From assembly GCA_964612035.1 (NCBI GenBank), contig CAZTBX010000099.1, positions 3,194 through 67,193 on the forward strand: a stretch of 64,000 nt of DNA, in the 5' to 3' direction. A program made the translations under genes and the position numbers. Below the pieces are notes generated by a model. It did not search any database. It was given only the letters and a program-made list of their open reading frames with translations, and was not told the DNA's origin. Each line of letters starts with the position of its first letter. Position 1 is the first letter of the stretch. The DNA comes from an uncultured Planctomycetia bacterium (lineage in GTDB: Bacteria; Omnitrophota; Gorgyraeia; 2-02-FULL-51-18). Below, in pieces: positions 47,223 to 60,472 of this stretch.

Positions 47223-49321
47223 ACGTTCTTCAGATACTCCCTGAACTCAAGTCCGGCGGCGTCGAACGCGGCACCGTGGACCTCGCCAAACACCTGAAGC
47301 AAAACGGCCACAAAGCCGTGGTGGTGTCGGCCGGCGGCCCGATGGTCGGGGATCTCACTTCTGCCGGCATCACGCACTACGCCCTGCCGGTGCACAAAAA
47401 ATCCCTGTTCGCCATGTGGCAGTCCATGCGGCTTCTCACGCGCATCGTACACTTGGAGTCCATCGAGGTCATTCACGCCCGGAGCCGCGTCCCGGCGCTA
47501 GTGGCGTTCTTCGTCAGCCGCCGCACGCAGGTGCCTTTCGTCACCACCTGTCACGGTTTTTACCGCAAGCATTTTTTGAGCCGTTTCATGGGTTTCGGAA
47601 AGATCGTGATCGTCGCCAGCCACATCATCGGAAAAAGGATGCGTGACGATTTCGGCGTGCCGCAGGCGAAGCTGCGCCTGATCCACCGCGGCGTGGATCT
47701 CGAAGAGTTCAAGTTTCCTCCCGAGGTCCCCGCCGCGAAAAAAGAGGTGGTCATCGGCCTCATCGGGCGCCTGACGCCTATCAAGGGACACGCGTTCTTT
47801 CTGAAAGCCATGGCGCGCGTCACGCGCGTGTTCCCGAACGTGAAGATACAGATCATCGGCGACGCGCCGAAGCCTCAGTACAAAGAAGACCTACTCACAC
47901 TGACGCGGCACCTGGGGCTTTCGCACGCCGTGCAGTTTCTCGGCACGCGTTATGACATCGCAGAACTCCTGTCCCAGATGACGGTGCTTGTCGCGCCCTC
48001 GGTGGGCGAGGAGGCGTTCGGCCGCGTCGTGATCGAGGCGGGTGCCTGCGGCGTGCCAGTGGTGGCGACGCGGATGGGAGGCCTCGTGGACATCATTGAG
48101 AACGAGAAAGACGGACTGCTGGTCTCCGCCGACGACCCGCGTGTCCTCGCAGATGCGGTGCTGCGGCTACTGAAAGACCCGGATCTTGGACGAAAGTTCG
48201 CCGTTTCACTGCGGGAAAAGGTTCAGCGGGAGTTCGGCCTGCCCCTGATGTTCGAAAAAACGCTGCGCGTGTACGAGGAAGCGGTGAACCAGAAGCGTAT
48301 TCTCGTTATCAAGATCAGCGCCGTCGGCGACGTCATCCTCACCGTCCCTTCGCTGCGCGCCCTGCGGCGAAAATACCCGGAGGCTTGGATCTCGGTGCTC
48401 GTGGGCCGCAAATCGAGGAAGATCATCCGCAACTGCCCTTACGTCAACGACACCATTGTGTATGACGAACCGAGAAGATTCCGTCTTTTGGCGAATTTCA
48501 GGATGGCACGGCTTCTGGCGAAAGAAGGCTTTGATATCGTCGTGGACCTGCAAAACAACCGTGCCAGCCATTTTCTTTCTTTTTTCTGCGGGGCAGGGAT
48601 ACGCGCCGGACACACGAACCGCAAGTGGGCGTTCTTTCTGAACCGGAAAACCAAGGACAGTCCGAACACGATGCCCCCGCTCGAGCACCAGTTCCAGGTG
48701 CTGAAGCTTCTGGGCATCGAGGACTACGACAAAAAACTGGAGCTATGGACGGAAAAAGAAGAGGACCAGCGTGTTCGGGTGTTTCTCGAATCGCAATGGG
48801 TGTCCCCGAGCCAGGTGCTCGTGGGGCTGAACCCCGCTTCGTCGCTTCGCTGGCCGACGAAACAGTGGCCGATAGAAAATTTTGCGAGGCTCTGCGATGA
48901 GCTCGGGAAACGGAACATACGCGTCGTGGTGACCGGCTCGAAAGAAGACGCTCCCTCGTTGGACAAGCTGTTCGCGCTGACGCGGCATAAGCCTATCAAC
49001 GCGGTGGGGAAGACCAGCATCACGGAACTCATTGCCCTTATTCGTCGCTGCCAGCTTTTCATCAGCTCGGATTCGGCGCCGATGCACATAGCCGCAAGCG
49101 TGGACATTCCGTTGATCGCTATTTTTGGACCGACGGACCCAAAACGGCATCTCGTGCCTCCGTCGCGTTACCAGGTGTTCTGGAAAGAGATCCATTGCAG
49201 TCCCTGCTATCTCCGAAACTGTCCCATCGGGCACCCGTGCATGAAAAAGATCCCGGTGCAGGACATCTTCGACGCGGCGCTTCATTTCGTCAACCAAGGC
49301 CGCAAGAGAGACCCTGCATGA
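47219..49321 (+). CDS. Bifunctional glycosyltransferase: N-terminal GT4 (GT-B) domain fused to a C-terminal GT9 heptosyltransferase-like domain
   Basis: GT4 motifs EAFGRVVIEAGACGVPVVAT occur within residues ~1-360. The sequence then runs KRILVIKISAVGDVILTVPSLRAL with C-terminal GT9 motifs. Confidence 0.7.
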   Translation: MNVLQILPELKSGGVERGTVDLAKHLKQNGHKAVVVSAGGPMVGDLTSAGITHYALPVHKKSLFAMWQSMRLLTRIVHLESIEVIHARSRVPALVAFFVSRRTQVPFVTTCHGFYRKHFLSRFMGFGKIVIVASHIIGKRMRDDFGVPQAKLRLIHRGVDLEEFKFPPEVPAAKKEVVIGLIGRLTPIKGHAFFLKAMARVTRVFPNVKIQIIGDAPKPQYKEDLLTLTRHLGLSHAVQFLGTRYDIAELLSQMTVLVAPSVGEEAFGRVVIEAGACGVPVVATRMGGLVDIIENEKDGLLVSADDPRVLADAVLRLLKDPDLGRKFAVSLREKVQREFGLPLMFEKTLRVYEEAVNQKRILVIKISAVGDVILTVPSLRALRRKYPEAWISVLVGRKSRKIIRNCPYVNDTIVYDEPRRFRLLANFRMARLLAKEGFDIVVDLQNNRASHFLSFFCGAGIRAGHTNRKWAFFLNRKTKDSPNTMPPLEHQFQVLKLLGIEDYDKKLELWTEKEEDQRVRVFLESQWVSPSQVLVGLNPASSLRWPTKQWPIENFARLCDELGKRNIRVVVTGSKEDAPSLDKLFALTRHKPINAVGKTSITELIALIRRCQLFISSDSAPMHIAASVDIPLIAIFGPTDPKRHLVPPSRYQVFWKEIHCSPCYLRNCPIGHPCMKKIPVQDIFDAALHFVNQGRKRDPA

Positions 49322-50100
49322 CCGCGCCGAAAAAGCGCAGCACGCTCCGCGTCACGATCCTGGCGTTTTTGTGCGTTTTGTCCGCCGTTTATTTTTACCG
49401 GTACAACTACGAAGTGCCGATACTCATGTATCATCATGTCGGCGACTGTTCCACTCTCCCCGGACCCTGCGTTAACCCCAAAACGTTCGAGCGACAGATG
49501 GAATTTCTCAAGGTGCATCGTTATCGCGTGTTTTCGCTGGAGGAACTGCTGAGCCGCCTTCGCGCCGGCGAACCGTTGCCACCCAAAACCGTGGCCATCA
49601 CTTTTGACGACGGCTATATCGACAATATCGATCACGCTTTTCCGGTGTTGAAAAAAATGGGTTTTCCGGCGACGATCTTCATGATCACTCGCAACATCGG
49701 GCAGGAAGGTTCGTTATCGGAGGAGGACCTGGGGATACTGGACAGCTCGGGCGTGTCCATCGGCAGTCATACGGTGAGCCATTCTTTTCTTCCGAATCTC
49801 GACTCAAAGTCCGCTTTGTCTGAGCTCGAGGGATCCAAAAAAGATCTAGAGGGGGTGCTGGGCCACTCGGTCACCCTGTTCAGCTATCCAGCGGGCGGAT
49901 TGACGGCGAGGAGCCTGGCCCTCGTGAAGACGACCGGCTACGAGGGGGCCGTGACCACCAATTATGGCTCCGAACGGCACAACCCTTACGCGCTTCACCG
50001 CATCAAGGTCGGCGAATCAGGCGGAAGTCTGCTCAGCCTCTGGATCAAAACCAGCGGCTTGTATCATTTCGGTAAACGGCGTGTGGAGATCAAGGCGTGA
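49318..50100 (+). CDS. Polysaccharide deacetylase (NodB homology domain), membrane-anchored
   Basis: TM helix followed by ILMYHHV...TFDDGY...H-x-x-H motifs. ATG at 49318 overlaps the upstream stop. The ORF track starts at 49195. Confidence 0.7.
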   Translation: MTAPKKRSTLRVTILAFLCVLSAVYFYRYNYEVPILMYHHVGDCSTLPGPCVNPKTFERQMEFLKVHRYRVFSLEELLSRLRAGEPLPPKTVAITFDDGYIDNIDHAFPVLKKMGFPATIFMITRNIGQEGSLSEEDLGILDSSGVSIGSHTVSHSFLPNLDSKSALSELEGSKKDLEGVLGHSVTLFSYPAGGLTARSLALVKTTGYEGAVTTNYGSERHNPYALHRIKVGESGGSLLSLWIKTSGLYHFGKRRVEIKA

Positions 50101-51068
50101 ACATCCTCATCGTCAACGTCAACTGGATAGGGGACGTGCTTTTTTCGACGCCCGCCATCCGCGCCATCCGAAAAAGATGGCCCGACGCGTATATCGCTTG
50201 TTGGGTCCCCGCACGCTGCGCGCCCGTTCTGCGCAGCAACCCGCATCTGAACGAAGTGCTTACGGGAGGAAATCCACTTGTGCTCAGACGCCGGCGCTTC
50301 GAGGCGGTTTTTCTTTTTCATCGTTCAAGGAGCAAGGCTTTTGCGTGTCTGCTGGCGGGCATTCCAAAACGGTTCGGCTATTCGGGCCGCCGCCGGGATT
50401 GGATGCTCACGCATCGCTGTCCGCCGGCCGACGCATCCATGCATCGCCTGGATCATTTTTTGAACCTCGTGCGTTCTTTTGGCATCGAGGATGACGGAAG
50501 GTCCATGGATTTTTTTCCAAAACCCGGAAGCGACGCCGAGCTCGACCGCCTTTTTGACGAACACGGGATCAAGAAAGACGAACCGTACGTCGTGCTGCAT
50601 CCGGGCGGCAACTGGGACCTGAAGCGCTGGCCGCCGGCGTTTTTCAAGAAATGGGCGAGGCTTCTCATCGACAAAACCCACTGGAAAGTCATTATCTGCG
50701 GAACGGCCGGGGAAGCGTCCCTCGCGCAGGAAGTGCTCGAAGGTTTTTCGGAAAAAGAGATGGTGTCGCTTTCCGGAAAAACCTCTCTCGACGGTCTCGC
50801 CGTGCTTCTCAAGCGCGCGCGGCTTCTTATTTCCAATGATTCGGGGCCTCTCCACGTGGCCGCCACGCAAGGCACGCCGATCGTGGGCGTATTCGGACCC
50901 ACGCTGCCCGAGATCACGGGGCCGCAGGGCGAAGGCCGGTCCGTGATCCTGCGCAAAGACGTCGGCTGTGAAGTGCCGTGTTATTTTAGGGCCTGCAATT
51001 ACCGCCAATGCCTGGACCTGCTTTCTCCCGAAGAGGTGTTTGAAAGGTCCGAGGAGCTTTTGCGTTGA
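50097..51068 (+). CDS. Glycosyltransferase family 9 (LPS heptosyltransferase-like)
   Basis: ILIVNVNWIGDVLFSTPAIRAIRKRWP start with a C-terminal GT9 nucleotide-sugar binding region. Confidence 0.75.
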   Translation: MNILIVNVNWIGDVLFSTPAIRAIRKRWPDAYIACWVPARCAPVLRSNPHLNEVLTGGNPLVLRRRRFEAVFLFHRSRSKAFACLLAGIPKRFGYSGRRRDWMLTHRCPPADASMHRLDHFLNLVRSFGIEDDGRSMDFFPKPGSDAELDRLFDEHGIKKDEPYVVLHPGGNWDLKRWPPAFFKKWARLLIDKTHWKVIICGTAGEASLAQEVLEGFSEKEMVSLSGKTSLDGLAVLLKRARLLISNDSGPLHVAATQGTPIVGVFGPTLPEITGPQGEGRSVILRKDVGCEVPCYFRACNYRQCLDLLSPEEVFERSEELLR

Positions 51069-53083
51069 GGAAAAAACCTTTCGAGGCGAGGAGCATCCTC
51101 GTCGTCACACTGTCCAATCTGGGTGACGTCGTGCTCACACTGCCGGTGATCCACTCGCTTCAGGAAGCGCACCCCAAGGCGGACATGGATGTCATCGTCG
51201 GCGTTGGCGGACAGCCAGTGTTCGAAGGAGACAAACGCATCCGGCGTGTCATCGTGTACGATAAAAGATCCTCCTGGCCGGCCAAGTGGCGTCATCTCAT
51301 GGAGGTACGCCGTTCGCGATACGACATCATCGTGGATCTGCGGCATTCGTTGATAGGGCTTTTAGGCGGAGCCCGCCGCCGGAACGCCTATGTGGATCTT
51401 CGTCTCCGCCGTCTGCATCAGACCGTACGCCATCTGAGGGCGTTGAAGGGGCTTGCGCCCAACCACGAGGAGGTGTCTTTTCTGGCGGGCCGAGCAGACG
51501 CGGGGGATGATCCACTGCCGCGCGAACTGGCCGATGAAAAGATCGTCGTGGCTTCCGTCGGGTCTAAAAGTCATATCAAAAAGTGGCCGGCCATCAGTTA
51601 CGCGGCGCTTCTCGACCGCCTTGCCGTGAACGACGGCTACCGCATCGTTCTCGTCGGAGACGCCTCGGATGCGCCCGATGCGGCCGAGGTGAAGCGCCTC
51701 TTATCATCGCCCGCCCTGGATCTCACCGGGCGCACGGATTTCCGACAGCTTGTTTCGTGCATCAGCCGCGCCGAGCTTGTCGTGACGAATGACAGCGCGC
51801 CGCTGCATATTGCCGATGCGCTGAAAGTCAGGACGCTTGCGATATTCGGGCCGACGGACCCTAGAAAATACGGACCCCGTTTTAGCCAAAGCCGGTCGGT
51901 GAGAAAACCTCTTTTCTGTTCGCCCTGCGAAAAGGCGTTGTGTCGTTTCGGGCACGAATGCATGCGCGAGCTCGGCGTCGAAGAGGTGTACCGCAAAGCG
52001 AGGCAGATCCTCTACGATGAACCCGCCGCCCTTGCCCCGAAAATCCTCATGCTGCGTCTAGACAGAATGGGGGACGTCATGTTTTCGCTTCCCGCCATTG
52101 CGGCGGTGAAAAAAAGATTCCCGAAAAGTTTCGTGTCGCTCATGGTGCGGCCCTATACGCAGCCGCTGGTGGAAGGACATCCTCTGATAGACGAGGTGAT
52201 CCCCTACCGCTACGAGCGCGGCGGCCGGCATCGGACCCCGATAGGCTTCCTCCGTTTTTTGAGCGAGATCGCAGGCAGGCGCTTTGACATGGCCTTCATT
52301 CTTCATCCGAGCAACCGCTCGACCTGGCTGCCATTCCTTGCCGGCATCCCGTATCGCTTCGGTTTTGATTCGCATTGGCCGGCATTGCTGACGAAAGCCG
52401 TGAAAGACAAGCGCAGCGAAGGCAAGAAGAGCGAGGCGGATTACACCGCGGACATCGTGCGTGCCTCCGGAACCGAGGCCGTCGAAAAAAATCCTGTTTT
52501 CCCGGTCTCGAGATTCGACGCCCTGCGTATCGAAAAACGCCTGGCGGCCGAGGGCTGTGCGGGGGACGAGGCCCTGATCGTTCTGCATCCGGGCGCAAGC
52601 TGTGCCTCAAAACGCTGGCCGATACAGCGTTTTTTAGAATTGGCGCGTAAGATCGCCGCATCTCATCCTCATCGAATGGTGGTCATCGGCGGAGCCGAAG
52701 AGATCGGGAATGCCGGGTGCTGGACGGAGTTCCGAGACCGCGTGCTCGATCTCACGGGCTGTTTGGATCCGAAAGAGCTGGCCGCGCTGCTCAAGCGCTG
52801 CGAACTGCTTGTATCCAACGACTCCGGCCCCGTGCATGTCGCCTCGGCCGTTGGCACACCCACGGTCGCTATCTTCGGCCGGAATCAGGCTGGACTCAGT
52901 GTGGCGCGGTGGCGGGCGCTGGGGGAAGGTCACACCGTTCTCAGGGAGGATGTCGGCTGCGTGGTGTGTCTAGCGCATCGCTGCAGCATTGATTTTGAAT
53001 GCCTCAAAGCTGTTCAAGTCGAAAGCGTGTATGAGGCCATTCAAAAGACACTGGGCGCCCGGAAACATGCGCTACAAGCTTAG
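51065..53083 (+). CDS. Tandem GT9-GT9 protein (two complete heptosyltransferase-like domains in one chain)
   Basis: Domain 1 begins ILVVTLSNLGDVVLTLPVIHSL. Domain 2 begins ~residue 320 with ILMLRLDRMGDVMFSLPAIAAV. Each has its own C-terminal GT-B half. Confidence 0.7.
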   Translation: MRKKPFEARSILVVTLSNLGDVVLTLPVIHSLQEAHPKADMDVIVGVGGQPVFEGDKRIRRVIVYDKRSSWPAKWRHLMEVRRSRYDIIVDLRHSLIGLLGGARRRNAYVDLRLRRLHQTVRHLRALKGLAPNHEEVSFLAGRADAGDDPLPRELADEKIVVASVGSKSHIKKWPAISYAALLDRLAVNDGYRIVLVGDASDAPDAAEVKRLLSSPALDLTGRTDFRQLVSCISRAELVVTNDSAPLHIADALKVRTLAIFGPTDPRKYGPRFSQSRSVRKPLFCSPCEKALCRFGHECMRELGVEEVYRKARQILYDEPAALAPKILMLRLDRMGDVMFSLPAIAAVKKRFPKSFVSLMVRPYTQPLVEGHPLIDEVIPYRYERGGRHRTPIGFLRFLSEIAGRRFDMAFILHPSNRSTWLPFLAGIPYRFGFDSHWPALLTKAVKDKRSEGKKSEADYTADIVRASGTEAVEKNPVFPVSRFDALRIEKRLAAEGCAGDEALIVLHPGASCASKRWPIQRFLELARKIAASHPHRMVVIGGAEEIGNAGCWTEFRDRVLDLTGCLDPKELAALLKRCELLVSNDSGPVHVASAVGTPTVAIFGRNQAGLSVARWRALGEGHTVLREDVGCVVCLAHRCSIDFECLKAVQVESVYEAIQKTLGARKHALQA

Positions 53084-53870
53084 AATTCTTACTCTCGCCG
53101 CCGCCGTTTTCCTGGCGGGCGCGGGGGTTGTTCACGCTTCCACCAATTTCGCCAAAAAGATCCCTCAAGCGACCGCGGCCATAGAAGCGCCGGCCGCGAA
53201 GCTTCGTATCGGCGAGCATCTTGTTTATGAAGTCTATTGGATGGGCGTGCACGTCGGCATCGGCGAACTCCGCGTGCTGGAAAAAGTCGCGATCGAGGGG
53301 CGCGAGGCCATCCACGTGGTTGCGATCGCCAAAACCAACGATTTCCTTTCAAAGATCTATCCGGTCAATGACGAGGTTCACAGCTATCTGGACGCGGAGA
53401 CGCTTCAGTCCCTCCGCTTCGAGAAAAAATTGAGCGAAGGGAATTACCGGGCGCATGAGCGCGTCACCTTTGATTGGAACGGCGAGAAGATCGTGTACGA
53501 CGGCTTTCGCAGCGGCACGCACAAAGAGTTTCCGCTGCGCGTGCGGCCGCATCACGACATCCTCAGCTGCTTCTACTGGTTCCGCACGCAGCCCGTCGAG
53601 GTCGGAACATCGATCAAGACCTGGGCCAGCGACGAGGAGGAGGACTGGGAAGTTGAGATCCGGGTGCTGCGCCGCGAAACCAAGGAACTACGCGGCAAGC
53701 GCGTGGTGGACACGCTACTCGTCGAGCCCCAGTCGAAGGTGAAAGGCATGCTGTACAGCCGCGGCCGCGTCTGGGTCTATTTCAGCGCGGACAGCCGGCG
53801 GGTGCCGGTGTGGGTGCTTTTCAAGACACCGTTCGGTCCGGTGAGCGGGATTTTACAGAATTTCGAGTGA
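53067..53870 (+). CDS. DUF3108-like secreted protein of unknown function
   Basis: Signal peptide MRYKLRILTLAAAVFLAGAGVVHA followed by a beta-rich body (YEVYWMGVHVGIGELRV...). The ORF track starts at 52989, overlapping the previous gene. Confidence 0.5.
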   Translation: MRYKLRILTLAAAVFLAGAGVVHASTNFAKKIPQATAAIEAPAAKLRIGEHLVYEVYWMGVHVGIGELRVLEKVAIEGREAIHVVAIAKTNDFLSKIYPVNDEVHSYLDAETLQSLRFEKKLSEGNYRAHERVTFDWNGEKIVYDGFRSGTHKEFPLRVRPHHDILSCFYWFRTQPVEVGTSIKTWASDEEEDWEVEIRVLRRETKELRGKRVVDTLLVEPQSKVKGMLYSRGRVWVYFSADSRRVPVWVLFKTPFGPVSGILQNFE

Positions 53871-53895
53871 AAAACCCGCTTTGGAGGGCGTTTCA

Positions 53896-53925
53896 TTGAC
53901 ACTTCCGATTGTTCGATGCTACAAT
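53896..53925 (+). promoter_or_regulatory. Sigma70-like promoter upstream of the hldE-kdsB-pyrG-kdsA... block
   Basis: -35 TTGACA at 53896-53901, an 18 nt spacer, and -10 TACAAT at 53920-53925. This is the only sizeable intergenic gap in the LPS cluster. Confidence 0.5.
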
Positions 53926-53954
53926 GCGTTCTTTGTGATTTCATGAGGTGATTT

Positions 53955-55021
53955 TTGCGGACAACCGCCAGCCATTTTGGCCGTCAAAAGAAAGTTCTTT
54001 CCGGTTTTGAGCACGTCAAGGTGCTCGTCCTAGGCGATCTTATCCTCGACGAATTCATCTGGGGCAACGTTTCCCGCATTTCCCCCGAAGCGCCGGTGCC
54101 CGTCGTATGGGTCGAGTCCGAGAATTTCATGCCCGGAGGCGCCAGCAACGTCGCCAACAACATCCGCGCGCTGGGAGGAGAAGTGTTCCTGGCCGGCATC
54201 GTCGGAGACGACGCCCGCGGGGAGACGCTGCAGACGCTTTTGCGGAAAAAAGGCGTGCACGGTGAGGGGATACTGGCGGACAGAGGCCGACCCACCACGC
54301 AAAAAACGCGCGTGATCGCCCATCACCAGCAGGTGGTGCGCATCGACCGTGAGGAGCAAAAACCGATCTCCGATGTACTGCTCAGGCGCCTCGTCGCCTA
54401 TGTGCAGAATAAGATAGCGGATGTCGACGCGCTCATCATCGAAGACTACGGCAAAGGCGTCATCGTTCCAGGCCTTGTCCGTGAGATCGTGGACATCGCT
54501 AGAAAGCACGGAAAGATCATCACCGTGGATCCCAAGGAGACGCATTTTTCCTATTACCGGGGCGTGACGACGATCACCCCCAATCATCATGAGGCCGCCT
54601 CGGCCGTCGGGTTCCGTATCAAGGACGACGACACTCTGCAGAAGGCCGGCCAGACACTGTTGAAAAAACTGCGCTGCGAGGTCGCTCTGATCACTCTCGG
54701 AGAGAACGGCATGGCTATTTTCCAGCAGGGGAAACGCATGGTGAAGATCCCGACGGAGGCGCAGGAAGTGTTTGACGTGTCCGGCGCCGGCGACACGGTG
54801 ATTGGCACTTACACACTCGCGCGCGCGGCGGGCGCCTCGGCTCTCGAGGCGGCGCAGATCGCCAATTGCGCGGCCGGCGTCGTCGTGGGCAAGGTCGGCG
54901 TCGCGGTCGTCACGCCCGAAGAACTTTTGAAGCGGCTGAAAAAGAAAAACGCAACGAGCGTTCAAGGTGCACATTCTCCGGTTTCTTTCAATGGCGCGGC
55001 GCGGCGCCAGCGGGCGCGCTC

Positions 55022-55025
<4 letters not shown>
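53955..55025 (+). CDS. hldE: D-glycero-beta-D-manno-heptose-7-phosphate kinase (HldE domain I, PfkB family); no adenylyltransferase domain
   Basis: VLVLGDLILDEFIWGNVSRISPEAPVPV with a PfkB C-terminal DVSGAGDT motif. 356 aa, ending before kdsB. Confidence 0.75.
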
Positions 55026-57365
<2,340 letters not shown>

Positions 57366-57373
57366 GGAAGCCC

Positions 57374-58225
57374 ATGAAACCACGGATGATCCGTATCGGC
57401 AAGCTGTGCATCGGAGCGGGAAAGCCGCTAGTGCTCATCGCCGGGCCGTGTGTGGTCGAAAGCCGCCAAAGCGCCCTGCGCCACGCGCGCGCTATCGGGA
57501 TCATCGCCTCTCGCGTCGGCCTGCCCTGGATATACAAATCAAGCTATGACAAGGCCAACCGCAGCTCCATGAGTTCGTTCCGGGGCCTCGGTATTGACGG
57601 CGGCCTTCAGATCTTGAAAGACGTGCGTGAGGAGGTAGGCGTTCCCGTGTTGACGGATGTGCATTCCCCTCACGAGGCGGTGAAAGCCGGCGTCGTGGCC
57701 GACGTGCTGCAGATCCCGGCGTTTCTCTGCCGGCAAACCGACCTTTTGCGCGCGGCCGGCGAGACCGGAAAAGTTGTGAACGTGAAAAAAGGCCAGTTCC
57801 TTTCGCCGTGGGAGATGAAGAACGTGGCGGAGAAAGTCGCCTCGACGGGGAACGCTCGCGTGCTTCTCACCGAGCGCGGTACTTTTTTCGGATACAACGC
57901 GCTCGTGAACGATTTTCGCAGCATTCCGATCATGAAAGATTTTGGATATCCGGTGATCTTTGACGCCACGCATTCGGTTCAGCGCCCCGGTGGATTAGGA
58001 AAAAGCTCGGGTGGAGACAGGCGATTCGTACCTGCGCTCGCGCAAGCGGGGGTGGTGGCCGGAGCGGATGGTATTTTCATGGAGGTGCATGAACGGCCGA
58101 GCCGGGCCCCGAGTGACGGACCCAACATGGTGCCTCTGCGAGACCTCGAGCGCCTGCTAGACCGGCTGTCAAAACTTTCACGCCTAGTCAGAAAAGAAAG
58201 GCCGGTGACGCTGCATGCCGATTAA
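57374..58225 (+). CDS. kdsA: 2-dehydro-3-deoxyphosphooctonate aldolase (Kdo-8-P synthase)
   Basis: [12 protein letters not shown]...[13 protein letters not shown] motifs. ATG at 57374. The ORF track starts at 56900. Confidence 0.9.
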   Translation: MKPRMIRIGKLCIGAGKPLVLIAGPCVVESRQSALRHARAIGIIASRVGLPWIYKSSYDKANRSSMSSFRGLGIDGGLQILKDVREEVGVPVLTDVHSPHEAVKAGVVADVLQIPAFLCRQTDLLRAAGETGKVVNVKKGQFLSPWEMKNVAEKVASTGNARVLLTERGTFFGYNALVNDFRSIPIMKDFGYPVIFDATHSVQRPGGLGKSSGGDRRFVPALAQAGVVAGADGIFMEVHERPSRAPSDGPNMVPLRDLERLLDRLSKLSRLVRKERPVTLHAD

Positions 58226-59174
58226 AGTGGCCAAGCAGGTGATACGCATCGAGCGGGACGCACTCACGCATCTCATGTCAAAAATAGACGGCACTTTTGA
58301 AAAGGCCTGCGAGATCATCATGAAATCAACGGGCCGTGTGGTCGTGACCGGTATGGGCAAGCCCGGATTCATCGCCCAAAAGGTTTCGGCCACTCTGTCC
58401 TCGACCGGCACGCCTTCGCTTTTTCTCCATCCGGCCGAAGCGCTTCACGGCGATCTCGGCCGCGTGATGAAAAATGACGTCGTCATCGCTTTTTCCAACA
58501 GCGGCCAGACCGAAGAGATCGTGAAGCTGCTTCCTTATATTAGGCGCATCGGGGCGAAGCTGATCTCTTTCACCGGCAATAAAAAGTCCGTGCTTGCCGA
58601 GCAGAGCGACGTGACGCTCGATGTGAGCGTACGCAAAGAGGCCTGCCCGTTGAACCTTGCGCCCACGGCCTCCACCACCGTCATGCTCGCGATGGGAGAT
58701 GCGCTCGCGCTGACACTGCTAGAGAAAAAAGGGTTCAAGAGCGAAGATTTCGCTTTTTATCATCCCGGCGGCAATATCGGCAAAAAGCTTTTGCTCAAAG
58801 TCTCCGACCTCATGCGCAAAGGCAAAAAAAACCCCGTGGTGCCCGAGACGATGCGGCTTGAGCAAGTGCTTTACCGCGTGACGAGAGCCCGAGCGGGTTC
58901 GGCCACTGTCGTTGACGGACGCGGACGCCTAAAAGGTATTTTCACCGACGGCGATCTGAGGCGCCACTTGAAGCGCGGCAAGAACATTCTCGATGCTCGT
59001 ATCGGCCAGCTCATGACGCGCCAGCCGGTCACCGTTGCGCCGGACCAGCGCGCCATGGAAGCGCTGCAGGTGCTGCGCGCCCGAAAAATTGACGAAGTTC
59101 CTGTCGTGGATTCCAAACGCCGCCCCGTGGGCCTTCTAGATATTCAGGATCTGTTGGACGCGGGTTTAAGCTGA
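58215..59174 (+). CDS. kdsD: Arabinose-5-phosphate isomerase (SIS domain plus tandem CBS)
   Basis: SIS motif [15 protein letters not shown] and a C-terminal CBS pair. 319 aa. Confidence 0.85.
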   Translation: MPIKVAKQVIRIERDALTHLMSKIDGTFEKACEIIMKSTGRVVVTGMGKPGFIAQKVSATLSSTGTPSLFLHPAEALHGDLGRVMKNDVVIAFSNSGQTEEIVKLLPYIRRIGAKLISFTGNKKSVLAEQSDVTLDVSVRKEACPLNLAPTASTTVMLAMGDALALTLLEKKGFKSEDFAFYHPGGNIGKKLLLKVSDLMRKGKKNPVVPETMRLEQVLYRVTRARAGSATVVDGRGRLKGIFTDGDLRRHLKRGKNILDARIGQLMTRQPVTVAPDQRAMEALQVLRARKIDEVPVVDSKRRPVGLLDIQDLLDAGLS

Positions 59175-59177
59175 TCC

Positions 59178-59711
59178 TTGCAGATCCCCGAACAGCTCAA
59201 AGGACGTCTTTCAAAGATCAAGCTCGTTATCGTCGACAATGACGGTGTGCTCACGGACGGGCGCATCATTCTCGGCGACTATGGCGATGAGCTCAAGTTT
59301 TTCGACGTGCAGGACGGTTTCGGCCTGGTGATGCTGCGCCGCGCGGGCCTTCTCACGGCCATCATCAGCGCCAAAAAATCACGCGTGAACAAGCGTCGCG
59401 CCAAGGAACTCGGCGTCTGCAAGCTGTACCAGAACGCCTTCGATAAACTGAAGGTCTTTGAGAAGTTGACCCGTCAATTCAAGGTGACTCCGGAAGAGGC
59501 CTGCTATGTCGGCGACGACTTGATCGACATCCCGGTGCTAACGCGCGTGGGTTTCGGCGTCGCCGTGGCCAACGCCGTGCCCGAAGCCAAAGAGGCCGCT
59601 CACTATGTCACGACGCGTGGGGGCGGACGCGGGGCCGTGCGCGAAGTGGCCGACATGATCCTGCAGGCGCAGGGGCGCTGGGCGGAGGCGACGGCGCGGT
59701 ATTTTCGATGA
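59178..59711 (+). CDS. kdsC: 3-deoxy-D-manno-octulosonate 8-phosphate phosphatase
   Basis: HAD motif I-like start IVDNDGVLTDGR and YVGDDLIDIPV. 177 aa. Confidence 0.85.
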   Translation: MQIPEQLKGRLSKIKLVIVDNDGVLTDGRIILGDYGDELKFFDVQDGFGLVMLRRAGLLTAIISAKKSRVNKRRAKELGVCKLYQNAFDKLKVFEKLTRQFKVTPEEACYVGDDLIDIPVLTRVGFGVAVANAVPEAKEAAHYVTTRGGGRGAVREVADMILQAQGRWAEATARYFR

Positions 59712-60472
59712 GCCAGTGGCGCAGTCCATTCGCGTGGCCGCTGGTGATCGTTGTCCTCGTTCTGACGATGGCGCTTTTCGCTCGCCGCATAGAACCCAAG
59801 ACCATTAAAACATCCTCGTCTGCGGATCTCATCCGCTCGAGCGCCGAACAGCATTTGCAGACATTCAAGCTCAAGGGGTTCGACGAGCAGGGCAAACAGT
59901 TCTGGAACCTGGAAGGCGAGAACGCTAGGATCGATACCACTAAGACCGTGTACCTGGAAAAAGAGGTTACGCTGAAGCTTCGTGACGGCATGGTGGTGAA
60001 AACCGATCACGTGCAATGGTCGCAGGACCAGGGCATCATGAGGACGGATGCGAAGGTGTACGCGGACCATGCGAGCGTGAAAGTGACGGGCCGGGGCGCT
60101 CTGGGAAAGCCGAACGAGAGTTTCCTGCAGCTCAACCGTGACGTGGAGATGACCATCAACGCCACCACGAAAGTCAATTGCTGGGGCCCGATGAAGATCT
60201 TTTATGCGCAGAATAAAATGGTTTTCTACCGTCAGGTGCAGGTGACGGACGACAAAGGGACGCTGAAGGCCAGGCGCATGGATGTGTCTTTTGACCCGGA
60301 CACGAAAAAGATCGAGCAGATCATCGCTATCGGGGATGTCATCATCCAGCGCGGCGAAGACCAGACGCGATCGCAGCGCGCGATCTATTCGGTGACAACA
60401 GGCTCCGTGCGCCTCGAAGGGGACCCAGAGCTCACTTTGCACAAGGATTCAAGCCCACTTGTCTCTTCTTGA
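59708..60472 (+). CDS. lptC: LptC/LptA-family (OstA-like) LPS transport periplasmic protein, membrane-anchored
   Basis: N-terminal TM helix and a beta-jellyroll OstA-like body. It sits immediately upstream of lptB. At 254 aa it is longer than a typical LptC. Confidence 0.6.
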   Translation: MSQWRSPFAWPLVIVVLVLTMALFARRIEPKTIKTSSSADLIRSSAEQHLQTFKLKGFDEQGKQFWNLEGENARIDTTKTVYLEKEVTLKLRDGMVVKTDHVQWSQDQGIMRTDAKVYADHASVKVTGRGALGKPNESFLQLNRDVEMTINATTKVNCWGPMKIFYAQNKMVFYRQVQVTDDKGTLKARRMDVSFDPDTKKIEQIIAIGDVIIQRGEDQTRSQRAIYSVTTGSVRLEGDPELTLHKDSSPLVSS

